This document shows, piece after piece, positions 14,401 through 28,319 of a stretch of 64,000 nt of DNA. Within the stretch, counting starts at the first letter, position 1. Each line of letters begins with the position of its first letter. The notes beneath the pieces are model-generated. The model was not told the origin of the DNA and made no database searches. It was given only the letters and a program-made list of their open reading frames with translations. The position numbers and the translations under genes are program-made. Origin of the DNA: Paragordius varius (Eukaryota; Animalia; Nematomorpha); assembly GCA_964247055.1 (NCBI GenBank), contig OZ176053.1:13392001-13456000 (forward strand). Direction: 5' to 3'.

Positions 14401-17299
14401 TCGGATATTAGTCGCCGGTAAAGAAAATAATTTTTTATACATTCTCTTAGTAGTACTACATCAAAATATAGAGATAGTTTGACAAACTCTTTAATATCTG
14501 ATTTTTAGAGCGATACTTTAAAAATAAATGTATAATTTAGCATACGACAATAAGCAAGTTAAACTTTGTCCTTAAAAATCGGATATTGGTCTCCGGTGAA
14601 CAAAATTATTTTTTATACATTCTCTTATTAAGACTACATCAAAATATAGAGATAGTTTAACAAACTCTTTCATATCCGATTTTTACAACGATACTTTAAA
14701 AATTAATGTATAAAACTAGTCGCATCAATACTCAAGCTAAACTTTGTCCTTAAAAATGGGATATTGGTCACCGGTGAACAAAATTATTTTTTATACATTC
14801 TCTTAGTAAGACTACATCAAAATATAGAGATAGTTTGACAAACTCTTTCATATCCGATTTTTACAACGATACTTTAAAAATTAATGTATAAAATTAGTCG
14901 CATCAATACTCAAGCTAAACTTTGTCCTTAAAAATGGGATATTGGTCACCGGTGAACAAAATTATTTTTTATACATTCTCTTATTAAGACTACATCAAAA
15001 TATAGAGATAGTTTGACAAACTCTTTCATATCCGATTTTTACAACGATACTTTAAAAATTAATGTATAAAACTAGTCGCATCAATACTCAAGCTAAACTT
15101 TGTCCTTAAAAATGGGATATTGGTCACCGGTGAACAAAATTATTTTTTATACATTCTCTTAGTAAGACTACATCAAAATATAGAGATAGTTTGATTAACT
15201 CTTTCATATCCGATTTTTACAACGATACTTTTAAAATTAATGTATAAAACTAATCGCATCAATACTCAAGTTAAAGTTTGTCCTTAAAAATCGGATATTG
15301 GTCTCCGGTGAACAAAATTATTTTTTATACATTCTCTTATTAAGACTACATCAAAATATAGAGATAGTTTGATTAACTCTTTCATATCCGATTTTTACAA
15401 CGATACTTTTAAAATTAATGTATAAAACTAATCGCATCAATACTCAAGTTAAAGTTTGTCCTTAAAAATCGGATATTGGTCTCTGGTGAACAAAATTATT
15501 TTTTATACATTCTCTTATTAAGACTACATCAAAATATAGAGATAGTTTGACAAACTCTTTCATATCCGATTTTTACAACGATACTTTGAAAATTAATGTA
15601 TAAAACTAATCGCATCAATACTCAAGTTAAAGTTTGTCCTTAAAAATCGGATATTGGTCTCCGGTGAACAAAATTATTTTTTATACATTCTCTTATTAAG
15701 ACTACATCAAAATATAGAGATAGTTTGATTAACTCTTTCATATCCGATTTTTACAACGATACTTTTAAAATTAATGTATAAAACTAATCGCATCAATACT
15801 CAAGTTAAAGTTTGTCCTTAAAAATCGGATATTGGTCTCCGGTGAACAAAATTATTTTTTATACATTCTCTTAGTAAGACTACATCAAAATATAGAGATA
15901 GTTTGACAAACTCTTTCATATCCGATTTTTACAACGATACTTTTAAAATTAATGTATAAAACTAATCGCATCAATACTCAAGTTAAACTTTGTCCTTAAA
16001 AATCGGATATTGGTCACCGGTGAACAAAATTGTTTTTTATACATTCTCTTAGTAAGACTACATGAAAATATAGAGATAGTTTGACAAACTCTTTCATATC
16101 CGATTTTTACAACGATACTTTAAAAATTAATGTATAAAACTAGTCGTATCAATACTCAAGTTAAACTTTGTCCTTAAAAATCGGATATTGGTCACCGGTG
16201 AACAAAATTATTTTTTATACATTCTCTTATTAAGACTACATCAAAATATAGAGATAGTTTGACAAACTCTTTAATATCTGATTTTTAAAGCGATACTTTA
16301 AAAATTAATGTATAATTTAGCATACGACAATAAGCAAGTTAAACTTTGTCCTTAAAAATCGGATATTAGTCGCCGGTAAAGAAAATAATTTTTATACATT
16401 TTCTTAGTAGTACTACATCAAAATATAGAGATAGTTTGACAAACTCTTTAATATCTGATTTTTAGAGCGATACTTTAAAAATTAATGTATAATTTAGCAT
16501 ACGACAATAAGCAAGTTAAACTTTGTCCTTAAAAATCGGATATTGGTCTCCGGTGAACAAAATTATTTTTTATACATTCTCTTATTAAGACTACATCAAA
16601 ATATAGAGATAGTTTAACAAACTCTTTCATATCCGATTTTTACAACGATACTTTAAAAATTAATGAATAAAACTAGTCGCATTAATACTCAAGCTAAACT
16701 TTGTCCTTAAAAATGGGATATTGGTCACCGGTGAACAAAATTATTTTTTATACATTCTCTTATTAAGACTACATCAAAATATAGAGATAGTTTGACAAAC
16801 TCTTTCATATCCGATTTTTACAACGATACTTTAAAAATTAATGTATAAAACTAGTCGCATCAATACTCAAGCTAAACTTTGTCCTTAAAAATGGGATATT
16901 GGTCACCGGTGAACAAAATTATTTTTTATACATTCTCTTAGTAAGACTACATCAAAATATAGAGATAGTTTGACAAACTCTTTCATATCCGATTTTTACA
17001 ACGATACTTTAAAAATTAATGTATAAAACTAGTCGTATAAATACTTAAGTTAAACTTTGTCCTTAAAAATCGGATATTGGTCACCGGTGAACAAAATTAT
17101 TTTTTATACATTCTCTTATTAAGACTACATCAAAATATAGAGATAGTTTGACTAACTCTTTCATATCCGATTTTTACAACGATACTTTTAAAATTAATGT
17201 ATAAAACTAATCGCATCAATACTCAAGTTAAAGTTTGTCCTTAAAAATCGGATATTGGTCTCCGGTGAACAAAATTATTTTTTATACATTCTCTTATTA

Positions 17300-20200
17300 A
17301 GACTACATCAAAATATAGAGATAGTTTGACAAACTCTTTCATATCCGATTTTTACAACGATACTTTTAAAATTAATGTATAAAACTAATCGCATCAATAC
17401 TCAAGTTAAACTTTGTCCTTAAAAATCGGATATTGGTCACCGGTGACCAAAATTATTTTTTATACATTCTCTTAGTAAGACTACATGAAAATATAGAGAT
17501 AGTTTGACAAACTCTTTCATATCCGATTTTTACAACGATACTTTAAAAATTAATGTATAAAATTAGTCGCATCAATACTCAAGCTAAACTTTGTCGTTAA
17601 AAATGGGATATTGGTGACCGGTGAACAAAACTATTTTTTATACATTCTCTTAGTAAGACTACATCAAAATATAGAGATAGTTTGACAAACTCTTTCATAT
17701 CCGATTTTTACAACGATACTTTTAAAATTAATGTATAAAACTAATTGCATCAATACTCAAGTTAAACTTTGTCCTTAAAAATCGGATATTGGTCACCGGT
17801 GAACAAAATTATTTTTTATACATTCTCTTATTAAGAGTACATCAAAATATAGAGATAGTTTGACAAACTCTTTAATATCTGATTTTTAGAGCGATACTTT
17901 AAAAATTAATGTATAATTTAGCATACGACAATAAGCAAGTTAAACTTTGTCCTTAAAAATCGGATATTAGTCGCCGGTAAAGAAAATAATTTTTATACAT
18001 TCTCTTAGTAGTACTACATCAAAATATAGAGATAGTTTGACAAACTCTTTAATATCTGATTTTTAGAGCGATACTTTAAAAATAAATGTATAATTTAGCA
18101 TACGACAATAAGCAAGTTAAACTTTGTCCTTAATAATCGGATATTGGTCTCCGGTGAACAAAATTATTTTTTATACATTCTCTTATTAAGACTACATCAA
18201 AATATAGAGATAGTTTAACAAACTCTTTCATATCCGATTTTTACAACGATACTTTAAAAATTAATGTATAAAACTAGTCGCATCAATACTGAAGTTAAAC
18301 TTTGTCAAAAATCGGATATTGGTCACCGGTGAACAAAACTATTTTTTATACATTCTTTTAGTAAGACTACATCAAAATATAGAGATAGTTTGAACTCTTT
18401 CATATCCGATTTTTACAACGATACTTTTAAAATTAATGTATAAAACTAATCGAATCAATACTCAAGTTAAACTTTGTCCTTAAAAATCGGATATTGGTCT
18501 CGAACAAAATTATTTTTTATACATTCTCTTATTAAGACTACATCAAAATATAGAGATAGTTTGACAAACTCTTTAATATCTGATTTTTAGGGCGATACTT
18601 ACTCTTTAATATCTGATTTTTAGAGCGATACTTTAAAAATTAATGTATAATTTAGCATACGACAATAAGCAAGTTAAACTTTGTCCTTAAAAATCGGATA
18701 TTGGTCTCCCGTGAACAAAACTATTTTTTATACATTCTCTTAGTAAGACTACATCAAAATATAGAGATAGTTTGACAAACTCTTTCATATCCGATTTTTA
18801 CAACGATACTTTAAAAATTAATGTATAAAACTAGTCGTATAAATACTTAAGTTAAACTTTGTCCTTAAAAATCGGATATTGGTCACCGGTGAACAAAATT
18901 ATTTTTTATACATTCTCTTATTAAGACTACATCAAAATATAGAGATAGTTTGACTAACTCTTTCATATCCGATTTTTACAACGATACTTTTAAAATTAAT
19001 GTATAAAACTAATCGCATCAATACTCAAGTTAAAGTTTGTCCTTAAAAATCGGATATTGGTCTCCGGTGAACAAAATTATTTTTTATACATTCTCTTATT
19101 AAGACTACATCAAAATATAGAGATAGTTTGACAAACTCTTTCATATCCGATTTTTACAACGATACTTTGAAAATTAATGTATAAAATTAGTCGCATCAAT
19201 ACTCAAGCTAAACTTTGTCCTTAAAAATGGGATATTGGTCACCGGTGAACAAAACTATTTTTTATACATTCTCTTAGTAAGACTACATCAAAATATAGAG
19301 ATAGTTTGACAAACTCTTTCATATCCGATTTTTACAACGATACTTTTAAAATTAATGTATAAAACTAATCGCATCAATACTCAAGTAAAACTTTGTCCTT
19401 AAAAATCGGATATTGGTCACCGGTGAACAAAATTATTTTTTATACATTCTCTTAGTAAGACTACATGAAAATATAGAGATAGTTTGACAAACTCTTTCAT
19501 ATCCGATTTTTACAACGATACTTTGAAAATTAATGTATAAAATTAGTCGCATCAATACTCAAGCTAAACTTTGTCGTTAAAAATGGGATATTGGTGACCG
19601 GTGAACAAAACTATTTTTTATACATTCTCTTAGTAAGACTACATCAAAATATAGAGATAGTTTGACAAACTCTTTCATATCCGATTTTTACAACGATACT
19701 TTTAAAATTAATGTATAAAACTAATTGCATCAATACTCAAGTTAAACTTTGTCCTTAAAAATCGGATATTGATCACCGGTGAACAAAATTATTTTTTATA
19801 CATTCTCTTATTAAGAGTACATCAAAATATAGAGATAGTTTGACAAACTCTTTAATATCTGATTTTTAGAGCGATACTTTAAAAATTAATGTATAATTTA
19901 GCATACGACAATAAGCAAGTTAAACTTTGTCCTTAAAAATCGGATATTAGTCGCCGGTAAAGAAAATAATTTTTATACATTCTCTTAGTAGTACTACATC
20001 AAAATATAGAGATAGTTTGACAAACTCTTTAATATCTGATTTTTAGAGCGATACTTTAAAAATAAATGTATAATTTAGCATACGACAATAAGCAAGTTAA
20101 ACTTTGTCCTTAATAATCGGATATTGGTCTCCGGTGAACAAAATTATTTTTTATACATTCTCTTATTAAGACTACATCAAAATATAGAGATAGTTTAACA

Positions 20201-20445
20201 AACTCTTTCATATCCGATTTTTACAACGATACTTTAAAAATTAATGTATAAAACTAGTCGCATCAATACTGAAGTTAAACTTTGTCAAAAATCGGATATT
20301 GGTCACCGGTGAACAAAACTATTTTTTATACATTCTTTTAGTAAGACTACATCAAAATATAGAGATAGTTTGAACTCTTTCATATCCGATTTTTACAACG
20401 ATACTTTTAAAATTAATGTATAAAACTAATCGAATCAATACTCAA
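17300..20445 (+). repeat. 11-monomer higher-order repeat, period 1980 bp
   Basis: Lines at 17581/19561 and 18361/20341 match; 11x178 + 33 - 3 - 3 - 4 - 1 = 1980. Confidence 0.9.
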
Positions 20446-23400
20446 GCTAAACTTTGTCCTTAAAAATGGGATATTGGTCACCGGTGAACAAAACTATTTT
20501 TTATACATTCTTTTAGTAAGACTACATCAAAATATAGAGATAGTTTGACTAACTCTTTTATATCCGATTTTTACAACGATACTTTTAAAATTAATGTATA
20601 AAACTAATCGCATCAACACTCAAGTTAAACTTTGTCCTTAAAAATCGGATATTGGTCTCGAACAAAATTATTTTTTATACATTCTCTTATTAAGACTACA
20701 TCAAAATATAGAGATAGTTTGACAAACTCTTTAATATCTGATTTTTAGGGCGATACTTTAAAAATTAATGTAGAATTTAGCTACGACAATAAGCAAGTTA
20801 AACTTCCTTAAAAATCGGATATTAGTCGCCGGTAAAGAAAATAATTTTTTATACATTCTCTTAGTAGTACTACATCAAAATATAGAGAGAGTTTGACAAA
20901 CTCTTTAATATCTGATTTTTAGAGCGATACTTTAAAAATTAATGTATAATTTAGCATACGACAATAAGCAAGTTAAACTTTGTCCTTAAAAATCGGATAT
21001 TGGTCTCCCGTGAACAAAACTATTTTTTATACATTCTCTTAGTAAGACTACATCAAAATATAGAGATAGTTTGACAAACTCTTTCATATCCGATTTTTGC
21101 AACGATACTTTTAAAATTAATGTATAAAACTAATCGCATCAATACTCAAGTTAAACTTTGTCCTTAAAAATCGGATATTGGTCACCGGTGAACAAAATTG
21201 TTTTTTATACATTCTCTTAGTAAGACTACATGAAAATATAGAGATAGTTTGACAAACTCTTTCATATCCGATTTTTACAACGATACTTTAAAAATTAATG
21301 TATAAAACTAGTCGTATCAATACTCAAGTTAAACTTTGTCCTTAAAAATCGGATATTCGTCACCGGTGAACAAAATTATTTTTTATACATTCTCTTATTA
21401 AGACTACATCAAAATATAGAGATAGTTTGACAAACTCTTTAATATCTGATTTTTAGAGCGATACTTTAAAAATTAATGTATAATTTAGCATACGACAATA
21501 AGCAAGTTAAACTTTGTCCTTAAAAATCGGATATTGGTCTCCGGTGAACAAAACTATTTTTTATACATTCTCTTAGTAAGACTACATCAAAATATAGAGA
21601 TAGTTTGACAAACTCTTTCATATCCGATTTTTACAACGATACTTTTAAAATTAATGTATAAAACTAATCGCATCAATACTCAAGTTAAACTTTGTCCTTA
21701 AAAATCGGATATTGGTCACCGGTGAACAAAATTATTTTTTATACATTCTCTTAGTAAGACTACATCAAAATATAGAGATAGTTTGATAAACTCTTTCATA
21801 TCCGATTTTTACAACGATACTTAAAAATTAATGCATAAAATTAGTCGTATGAATACTCAAGTTAAACTTTGTCCTTAAAAAACGGATATTGGGGATCGGT
21901 GAACAAAATTATTTTTTATACATTCTCTTATTAAGACTACATCAAAATATAGAGATAGTTTGACAAACTCTTTCATATCCGATTTTTACAACGATACTTT
22001 TAAAATTAATGTATAAAACTAATCGCATCAATACTCAAGTTAAATTTTGTCCTTAAAAATCGGATATTGGTCACCGGTAAACAAAATTATTTTTAATACA
22101 TTCTTTTATTAAGAGTACATCAAAATATAGAGATAGTTTGACAAACTCTTTAATATCTGATTTTTACAGCGATACTTTAAAAATTAATGTATAATTTAGC
22201 ATACGACAATAAGCAAGTTAAACTTTGTCCTTAAAAATCGGATATTAGTCGCCGGTAAAGAAAATAATTTTTTATACATTCTCTAACTAGTACTACATCA
22301 AAATATAGAGATAGTTTGACAAACTGTTTAATATCTGATTTTTAGAGCAATACTATAATTTAGCATACGACAATAAGCAAGTTAAACTTTGTCCTTAAAA
22401 ATCGGATATTAGTCGCCGGTAAAGAAAATAATTTTTATACATTTTCTTAGTAGTACTTAATCAAAATATAGAGATAGTTTGACAAACTCTTTAATATCTG
22501 ATTTTTAGAGCGATACTTTAAAAATTAATGTATAATTTAGCATACGACAATAAGCAAATTAAACTTTGTCCTTAAAAATCGGATATTGGTCTCCGGTGAA
22601 CAAAATTATTTTTTATACATTCTCTTATTAAGACTACATCAAAATATAGAGATAGTTTGACAAACTCTTTCATATCCGATTTTTAAAACGATACTTTAAA
22701 AATTAATGTATAAAACTAGTCGCATCAATACTCAAGTTAAACTTTGTCCTTAAAAATCGGATATTGGTCACCGGTGAACAAAATTATTTTTTATACATTG
22801 TCCTAGTAGTACTACATCAAAATATAGAGATAGTTTGACAAACTCTTTAATATCTGATTTTTAGAGCGATACTTTAAAAATTAATGTATAATTTAGCATA
22901 CGACAATAAGCAAATTAAACTTTGTCCTTAAAAATCGGATATTGGTCTCCGGTGAACAAAACTATTTTTTATACATTCTCTTAGTAAGACTACATCAAAA
23001 TATAGAGATAGTTTGACAAACTCTTTCATATCCGATTTTTACAACGATACTTATAAAATTAATGTATAAAACTAATCGCATGAATACTCAATTTAAACTT
23101 TGTCCTTAAAAATCGGATATTGGTCACCGGTGACCAAAATTATTTTTTATACATTCTCTTAGTAAGACTACATCAAAATATAGAGATAGTTTGACAAACT
23201 CTTTCATATCCGATTTTTACAACGATACTTTAAAAATTAATTATAAAACTAGTCGCATCGATACTCAAGTTAAACTTTGTCCTTAAAAATCGGATATTGG
23301 TCACCGGTGAACAAAACTATTTTTTATACATTCTTTTAGTAAGACTACATCAAAATATAGAGATAGTTTGATAAACTCTTTCATATCCGATTTTTATAAC

Positions 23401-26400
23401 GATACTTTAAAAATTGATGTATAAAACTAGTCGCATCAATACTCAAGTCAAACTTTGTCCTTAAAAATCGGATATTGGTCACCGGTGAAAAAAACTATTT
23501 TTTATACATTCTTTTAGTAAGACTACATCAAAATATAGAGATAGTTTGACAAACTCTTTCATATCCGATTTTTACAACGATACTTTTAAAATTAATGTAT
23601 AAAACTAATCGCATCAATACTCAAGTTAAACTTTGTCCTTAAAAATCGGATATTGTTCACCGGTGACCAAAATTATTTTTTATACATTCTCTTAGTAGGA
23701 GTACATGAAAATATAGAGATAGTTTGACAAACTCTTTCATATCCGATTTTTAAAACGATACTTTAAAAATTAATGTATAAAACTAGTCGCATCAATACTC
23801 AAGTTAAACTTTGTCAAAAATCGGATATTGGTCACCGGTGAACAAAACTATTTTTTATACATTCTTTTAGTAAGACTACATCAAAATATAGAGATAGTTT
23901 GATAAACTCTTTCATATCCGATTTTTATAACGATACTTTAAAAATTAATGTATAAAACTAGTCGCATCGATACTCAAGTTAAACTTTGTATTTAAAAATC
24001 GGATATTAGTCGCCGGTAAAGAAAATAATTTTTTATACATTCTCTCAGTAGTACTACATCAAAATATAGAGATAGTTTGATAAACTCTTTCATATCCGAT
24101 TTTTATAACGATACTTTAAAAATTGATGTATAAAACTAGTCGCATCAATACTCAAGTTAAACTTTGTCCTTAAAAATCGGATATTGGTCACCGGTGAACA
24201 AAACTATTTTTTATACATTCTTTTAGTAAGACTACATCAAAATATAGAGATAGTTTGACAAACTCTTTCATATCCGATTTTTACAACGATACTTTTAAAA
24301 TTAATGTATAAAACTAATCGCATCAATACTCAAGTTAAACTTTGTCCTTAAAAATCGGATATTGGTCACCGGTGACCAAAATTATTTTTTATACATTCTC
24401 TTAGTAGGAGTACATGAAAATATAGAGATAGTTTGACAAACTCTTTTATATCCGATTTTTAAAACGATACTTTAAAAATTAATGTATAAAACTAGTCGCA
24501 TCAATACTCAAGTTAAACTTTGTCAAAAATCGGATATTGGTTACCGGTGAACAAAACTATTTTTTATACATTCTTTTAGTAAGACTACATCAAAATATAG
24601 AGATAGTTTGATAAACTCTTTCATATCCGATTTTTATAACGATACTTTAAAAATTAATGTATAAAACTAGTCGCATCGATACTCAAGTTAAACTTTGTAT
24701 TTAAAAATCGGATATTAGTCGCCGGTAAAGAAAATAATTTTTTATACATTCTCTTAGTAGTACTACATCAAAATATAGAGATCGTTTGACAAACTCTTTA
24801 ATATCTGATTTTTAGAGCGATACTTTAAAATTTAATGTATAATTTAGCATACGACAATAAGCAAGTTAAACTTTGTCCTTAAAAATCGGATATTAGTCAC
24901 CGGTAAAGAAAATAATTTTTTATACATTCTCTTAGTAGGACTACATCAAAAAATAGAGATAGTTTGACAAACTCTTTCATATCCGATTTTTACAACGATA
25001 CTTTTAAAATTAATGTATAAAACTAATCGCATGAATACTCAATTTAAACTTTGTCCTTAAAAATCGGATATTGGTCACCGGTGACCAAAATTATATTTTA
25101 TACATTCTCTTATTAAGACTACATCAAAATATAGAGATAGTTTGACATCTTTCATATCCGATTTTTACAACGATACTTTTAAAATTAATGTATAATTTAG
25201 CATACGACAATAAGCAAGTTAAACTATGTCTTTAAAAATCGGATATTAGTCGCCGGTAAAGAAAATAATTTTTTATACATTCTCTTAGGAGTACTACATC
25301 AAAATATAGAGATAGTTTGACAAACTCTTTAATATCTGATTTTTAGAGCTATACTTTAAAAATTAATGTATAATTTAGCATACGACAATAAGCAAGTTAA
25401 ACTTTGTCCTTAAAAATCGGATATTGGTCTCCGGTGAACAAAATTATTTTTTATACATTCTCGTATTAAGACTACATCAAAATATAGAGATAGTTTAACA
25501 AACTCCTTCATATCCGATTTTTACAACGATACTTTAAAAATTGATGTATAAAACTAGTCGCATAAATACTCAAGTTAAACTTTGTCCTTAAAAATCAGAT
25601 ATTGGTCACCGGTGAACAAAACTATTTTTTATACATTCTCTTAGTAAGACTACATCAAAATATAGAGATAGTTTGACAAACTTTTTAATATCTGTTTTTT
25701 ACAACGATACTTTAAAAATTAATGTATAATTTAGCATACGACAATATTCAAGTTATACTTTGTCCTTAAAAATCGGATATTGGTGACCGGTGAACGAAAC
25801 TATTTTCTATACATTCTCTTAGAAGGACTACATTAAAATATAGAGATAGTTTGACAAACTCTTTCATATCCGATTTTTACAACGATACTTTAAAAATTAA
25901 TGTAAACTAGTCGCATCAATACTCAAGTTAAACTTTGTCCTTAAAAATCAGATATTGGTCACCGGTGAACAAAACTATTTTTTATACATTCTCTTAGTAA
26001 GACTACATCAAAATATAGAGATAGTTTGACAAACTCTTTAATATCTGATTTTTAGAGCGATACTTTAAAAATTAATATATAATTTAGCATACGACAATAA
26101 GCAAGTTAAACTTTGTCCTTAAAAATCGGATATTAGTCGCCGGTAAAGAAAATAATTTTTTATACATTCTCTTAGTAGTACTACATCAAAATATAGAGAT
26201 AGTTTGACAAACTCTTTAATATCTTATTTTTAGAGCGATACTTTAAAAATAAATGTATAATTTAGCATACGACAATAAGCAAGTTAAACTTTGTCCTTAA
26301 AAATCGGATATTGGTCTCCGGTGAACAAAATTATTTTTTATACATTCTCTTATTAAGACTACATCAAAATATAGAGATAGTTTAACAAACTCTTTCATAT

Positions 26401-28319
26401 CCGATTTTTACAACGATACTTTAAAAATTAATGTATAAAACTAGTCGCATCAATACTCAAGCTAAACTTTGTCCTTAAAAATGGGATATTGGTCACCGGT
26501 GAACAAAATTATTTTTTATACATTCTCTTATTAAGACTACATCAAAATATAGAGATAGTTTGACAAACTCTTTCATATCCGATTTTTACAACGATACTTT
26601 AAAAATTAATGTATAAAACTAGTCGCATCAATACTCAAGCTAAACTTTGTCCTTAAAAATGGGATATTGGTCACCGGTGAACAAAATTATTTTTTATACA
26701 TTCTCTTAGTAAGACTACATCAAAATATAGAGATAGTTTGACAAACTCTTTCATATCGATTTTTACAACGATACTTTAAAAATTAATGTATAAAACTAGT
26801 CGTATAAATACTTAAGTTAAACTTTGTCCTTAAAAATCGGATATTGGTCACCGGTGAACAAAATTATTTTTTATACATTCTCTTATTAAGACTACATCAA
26901 AATATAGAGATAGTTTGACTAACTCTTTCATATCCGATTTTTACAACGATACTTTTAAAATTAATGTATAAAACTAATCGCATCAATACTCAAGTTAAAG
27001 TTTGTCCTTAAAAATCGGATATTGGTCTCCGGAGAACAAAATTATTTTTTATACATTCTCTTATTAAGACTACATCAAAATATAGAGATAGTTTGACAAA
27101 CTCTTTCATATCCGATTTTTACAACGATACGTTGAAAATTAATGTATAAAATTAGTCGCATAAATACTCAAGCTAAACTTTGTCCTTAAAAATGGGATAT
27201 TGGTCACCGGTGAACAAAACTATTTTTTATACATTCTCTTAGTAAGTCTACATCAAAATATAGAGATAGTTTGACAAACTCTTTCATATCCGATTTTTAC
27301 AACGATACTTTAAAAATTAATGTATAAAACTAGTCGCATCAATACTCAAGCTAAACTTTGTCCTTAAAAATGGGATATTGGTCACCGGTGAACAAAATTA
27401 TTTTTTATACATTCTCTTAGTAAGACTACATCAAAATATAGAGATAGTTTGACAAACTCTTTCATATCGATTTTTACAACGATACTTTAAAAATTAATGT
27501 ATAAAACTAGTCGCATCAATACTCAAGTTAAAGTTTGTCCTTAAAAATCGGATATTGGTCTCCGGAGAACAAAATTATTTTTTATACATTCTCTTATTAA
27601 GACTACATCAAAATATAGAGATAGTTTGAACAACTCTTTCATATCCGATTTTTACAACGATACGTTGAAAATTAATGTATAAAATTAGTCGCATAAATAC
27701 TCAAGCTAAACTTTGTCCTTAAAAATGGGATATTGGTCACCGGTGAACAAAACTATTTTTTATACATTCTCTTAGTAAGTCTACATCAAAATATAGAGAT
27801 AGTTTGACAAACTCTTTCATATCCGATTTTTACAACGATACTTTAAAAATTAATGTATAAAACTAGTCGCATCAATACTCAAGCTAAACTTTGTCCTTAA
27901 AAATGGGATATTGGTCACCGGTGAACAAAACTATTTTTTATACATTCTCTTAGTAAGTCTACATCAAAATATAGAGATAGTTTGACAAACTCTTTCATAT
28001 CCGATTTTTACAACGATACTTTAAAAATTAATGTATAAAACTAGTCGCATCAATACTCAAGCTAAACTTTGTCCTTAAAAATGGGATATTGGTCACCGGT
28101 GAACAAAATTATTTTTTATACATTCTCTTAGTAAGACTACATCAAAATATAGAGATAGTTTGACAAACTCTTTCATATCGATTTTTACAACGATACTTTA
28201 AAAATTAATGTATAAAACTAGTCGCATCAATACTCAAGTTAAACTTTGTCAAAAATCGGATATTGGTCACCTGTGAACAAAACTATTTTTTATACATTCT
28301 TTTAGTAAGACTACATCAA

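Noticed and set aside
25942-26054. Compensatory cgg>cag / ccg>ctg pair restoring the inverted repeat
   Set aside because: Both are CpG transitions, and cag also occurs without the partner change (e.g. ~13691), so chance co-occurrence suffices.
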